NCBI GenBank assembly: GCA_973895155.1
Contig: OZ316892.1
Coordinates: 27,490,307 to 27,554,306, forward strand
Length of the DNA: 64,000 bases
Source of the DNA: Marsupella aquatica
Lineage: Eukaryota; Plantae; Marchantiophyta
Direction: 5' to 3'
Made by a program: the position numbers and the translations under genes. The notes under the pieces are model-generated. The model was not told where the DNA came from and did no database searches. It worked only from the letters and a program-made list of their open reading frames with translations. Below are positions 63,144 to 64,000 of the stretch, piece by piece (the first letter of the stretch is position 1; each line of letters starts with the position of its first letter).

Positions 63144-63841
63144 TGTGATCTGAAAGAAAATCTACCTGAGACGTTTTCAATTACTTTGCATGACCGGGAA
63201 GGATAGGGATCAAGCTAAACTGGGCTAGCACTCAATTTTTGTGCATGTCCATGACTCCCAATGCGTAGCTAGGTGTAATCCTTTCAGTTTGACATCAGCC
63301 ATGTTACAATTTCTGATGAATGATAAGGTACGGTGATCGCATGAGATTTTGTGTTCTAAAATGATTTCCAGACAATCATCCAATAATGTTTTTCTCCGTG
63401 GATACTTAGCTAGAAAATCGGTTTCGAGTAGTAGAAGTTTCAAGTTTAGATGAATCTAATGTCTTGGATTTAAATTTCGATTCCAACTTCGATACCAACT
63501 AATTTCGCATCAACGGTGCTTCCAATTCTTGAAAACTTGGTAGCTTTCCTAATACTCCGACCTGTGTCATAATTTGGTTCACGAGTCTTGGTGACGTTCT
63601 CCTTTGTGGCACAGCCAATAAATGAAATCAGAGTGTCTGACCCAGTTATTTTAGTATAGCAACACACATTACCCAAAATAATTGCGTAGCCAATTTGTGA
63701 GATAATTCACATGTTACAGTCTCATTTCAAGTTCAGACCAGGTTATATGAAGTGGCCCTAACAATAAACAATAAATAAATTGTGGGGCTGAGTAAATCAG
63801 ATGCAAGGAACAACAATTTGTAACCAGAAAAAGGAGGGCAA

Positions 63842-63947
63842 CCCCCGGGGTAGCTCTGTGGTAGGGCCAAATGAGCTGCTCATTTGGCTGTGTCTAGCAT
63901 TTGATTGTTAGTGCATCACTTCACCTCGCACCAAACAAACAAACAAC
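63842..63947 (+). mobile_element. Degenerate tRNA-derived short element (SINE-like)
   Basis: GGGGTAGCTCTGTGGTAGGGC (A-box-like), an 11-bp perfect inverted repeat at 63866-63888, a degenerate B box and a (CAAA)n tail. Confidence 0.3.
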
Positions 63948-64000
63948 ATTCGCTAAGTTAAAACTTCTAAAGGCTAATCCTGTGTGGTGATAAAAACCTT

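Overview
Eukaryotic nuclear DNA from a land plant, most likely a non-seed plant such as a bryophyte or liverwort. That placement is inferred from gene content, GT-AG introns and composition, and was not verified. Five protein genes can be read: a 16-exon plastid biotin carboxylase (CAC2/accC, 2247-7605 +), a 2-exon SKP1-like BTB/POZ gene lacking the F-box-binding tail (18083-20169 +), an intronless TAA1/TAR-family tryptophan aminotransferase with a TM anchor and alliinase-type EGF domain (27989-29530 -), a 3-exon YUCCA flavin monooxygenase (42682-44192 +), and an intronless 192-aa ORF with a weak DUF697-like pattern (62565-63143 +). There is also one tRNA-Thr(CGT). The rest is tandem repeats and decayed transposons (RLE-type non-LTR, L1-like, hAT, SINE-like and MITE-like). 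The main finding is that both enzymes of the two-step IPyA auxin pathway (TAR and YUC) are adjacent and head-to-head. They are separated by about 13 kb that is mostly repeat- or TE-derived, which makes this a candidate auxin-biosynthesis gene cluster. An atypical SKP1-like gene is the next protein-coding neighbour. All calls come from reading the sequence by eye; no searches were run.
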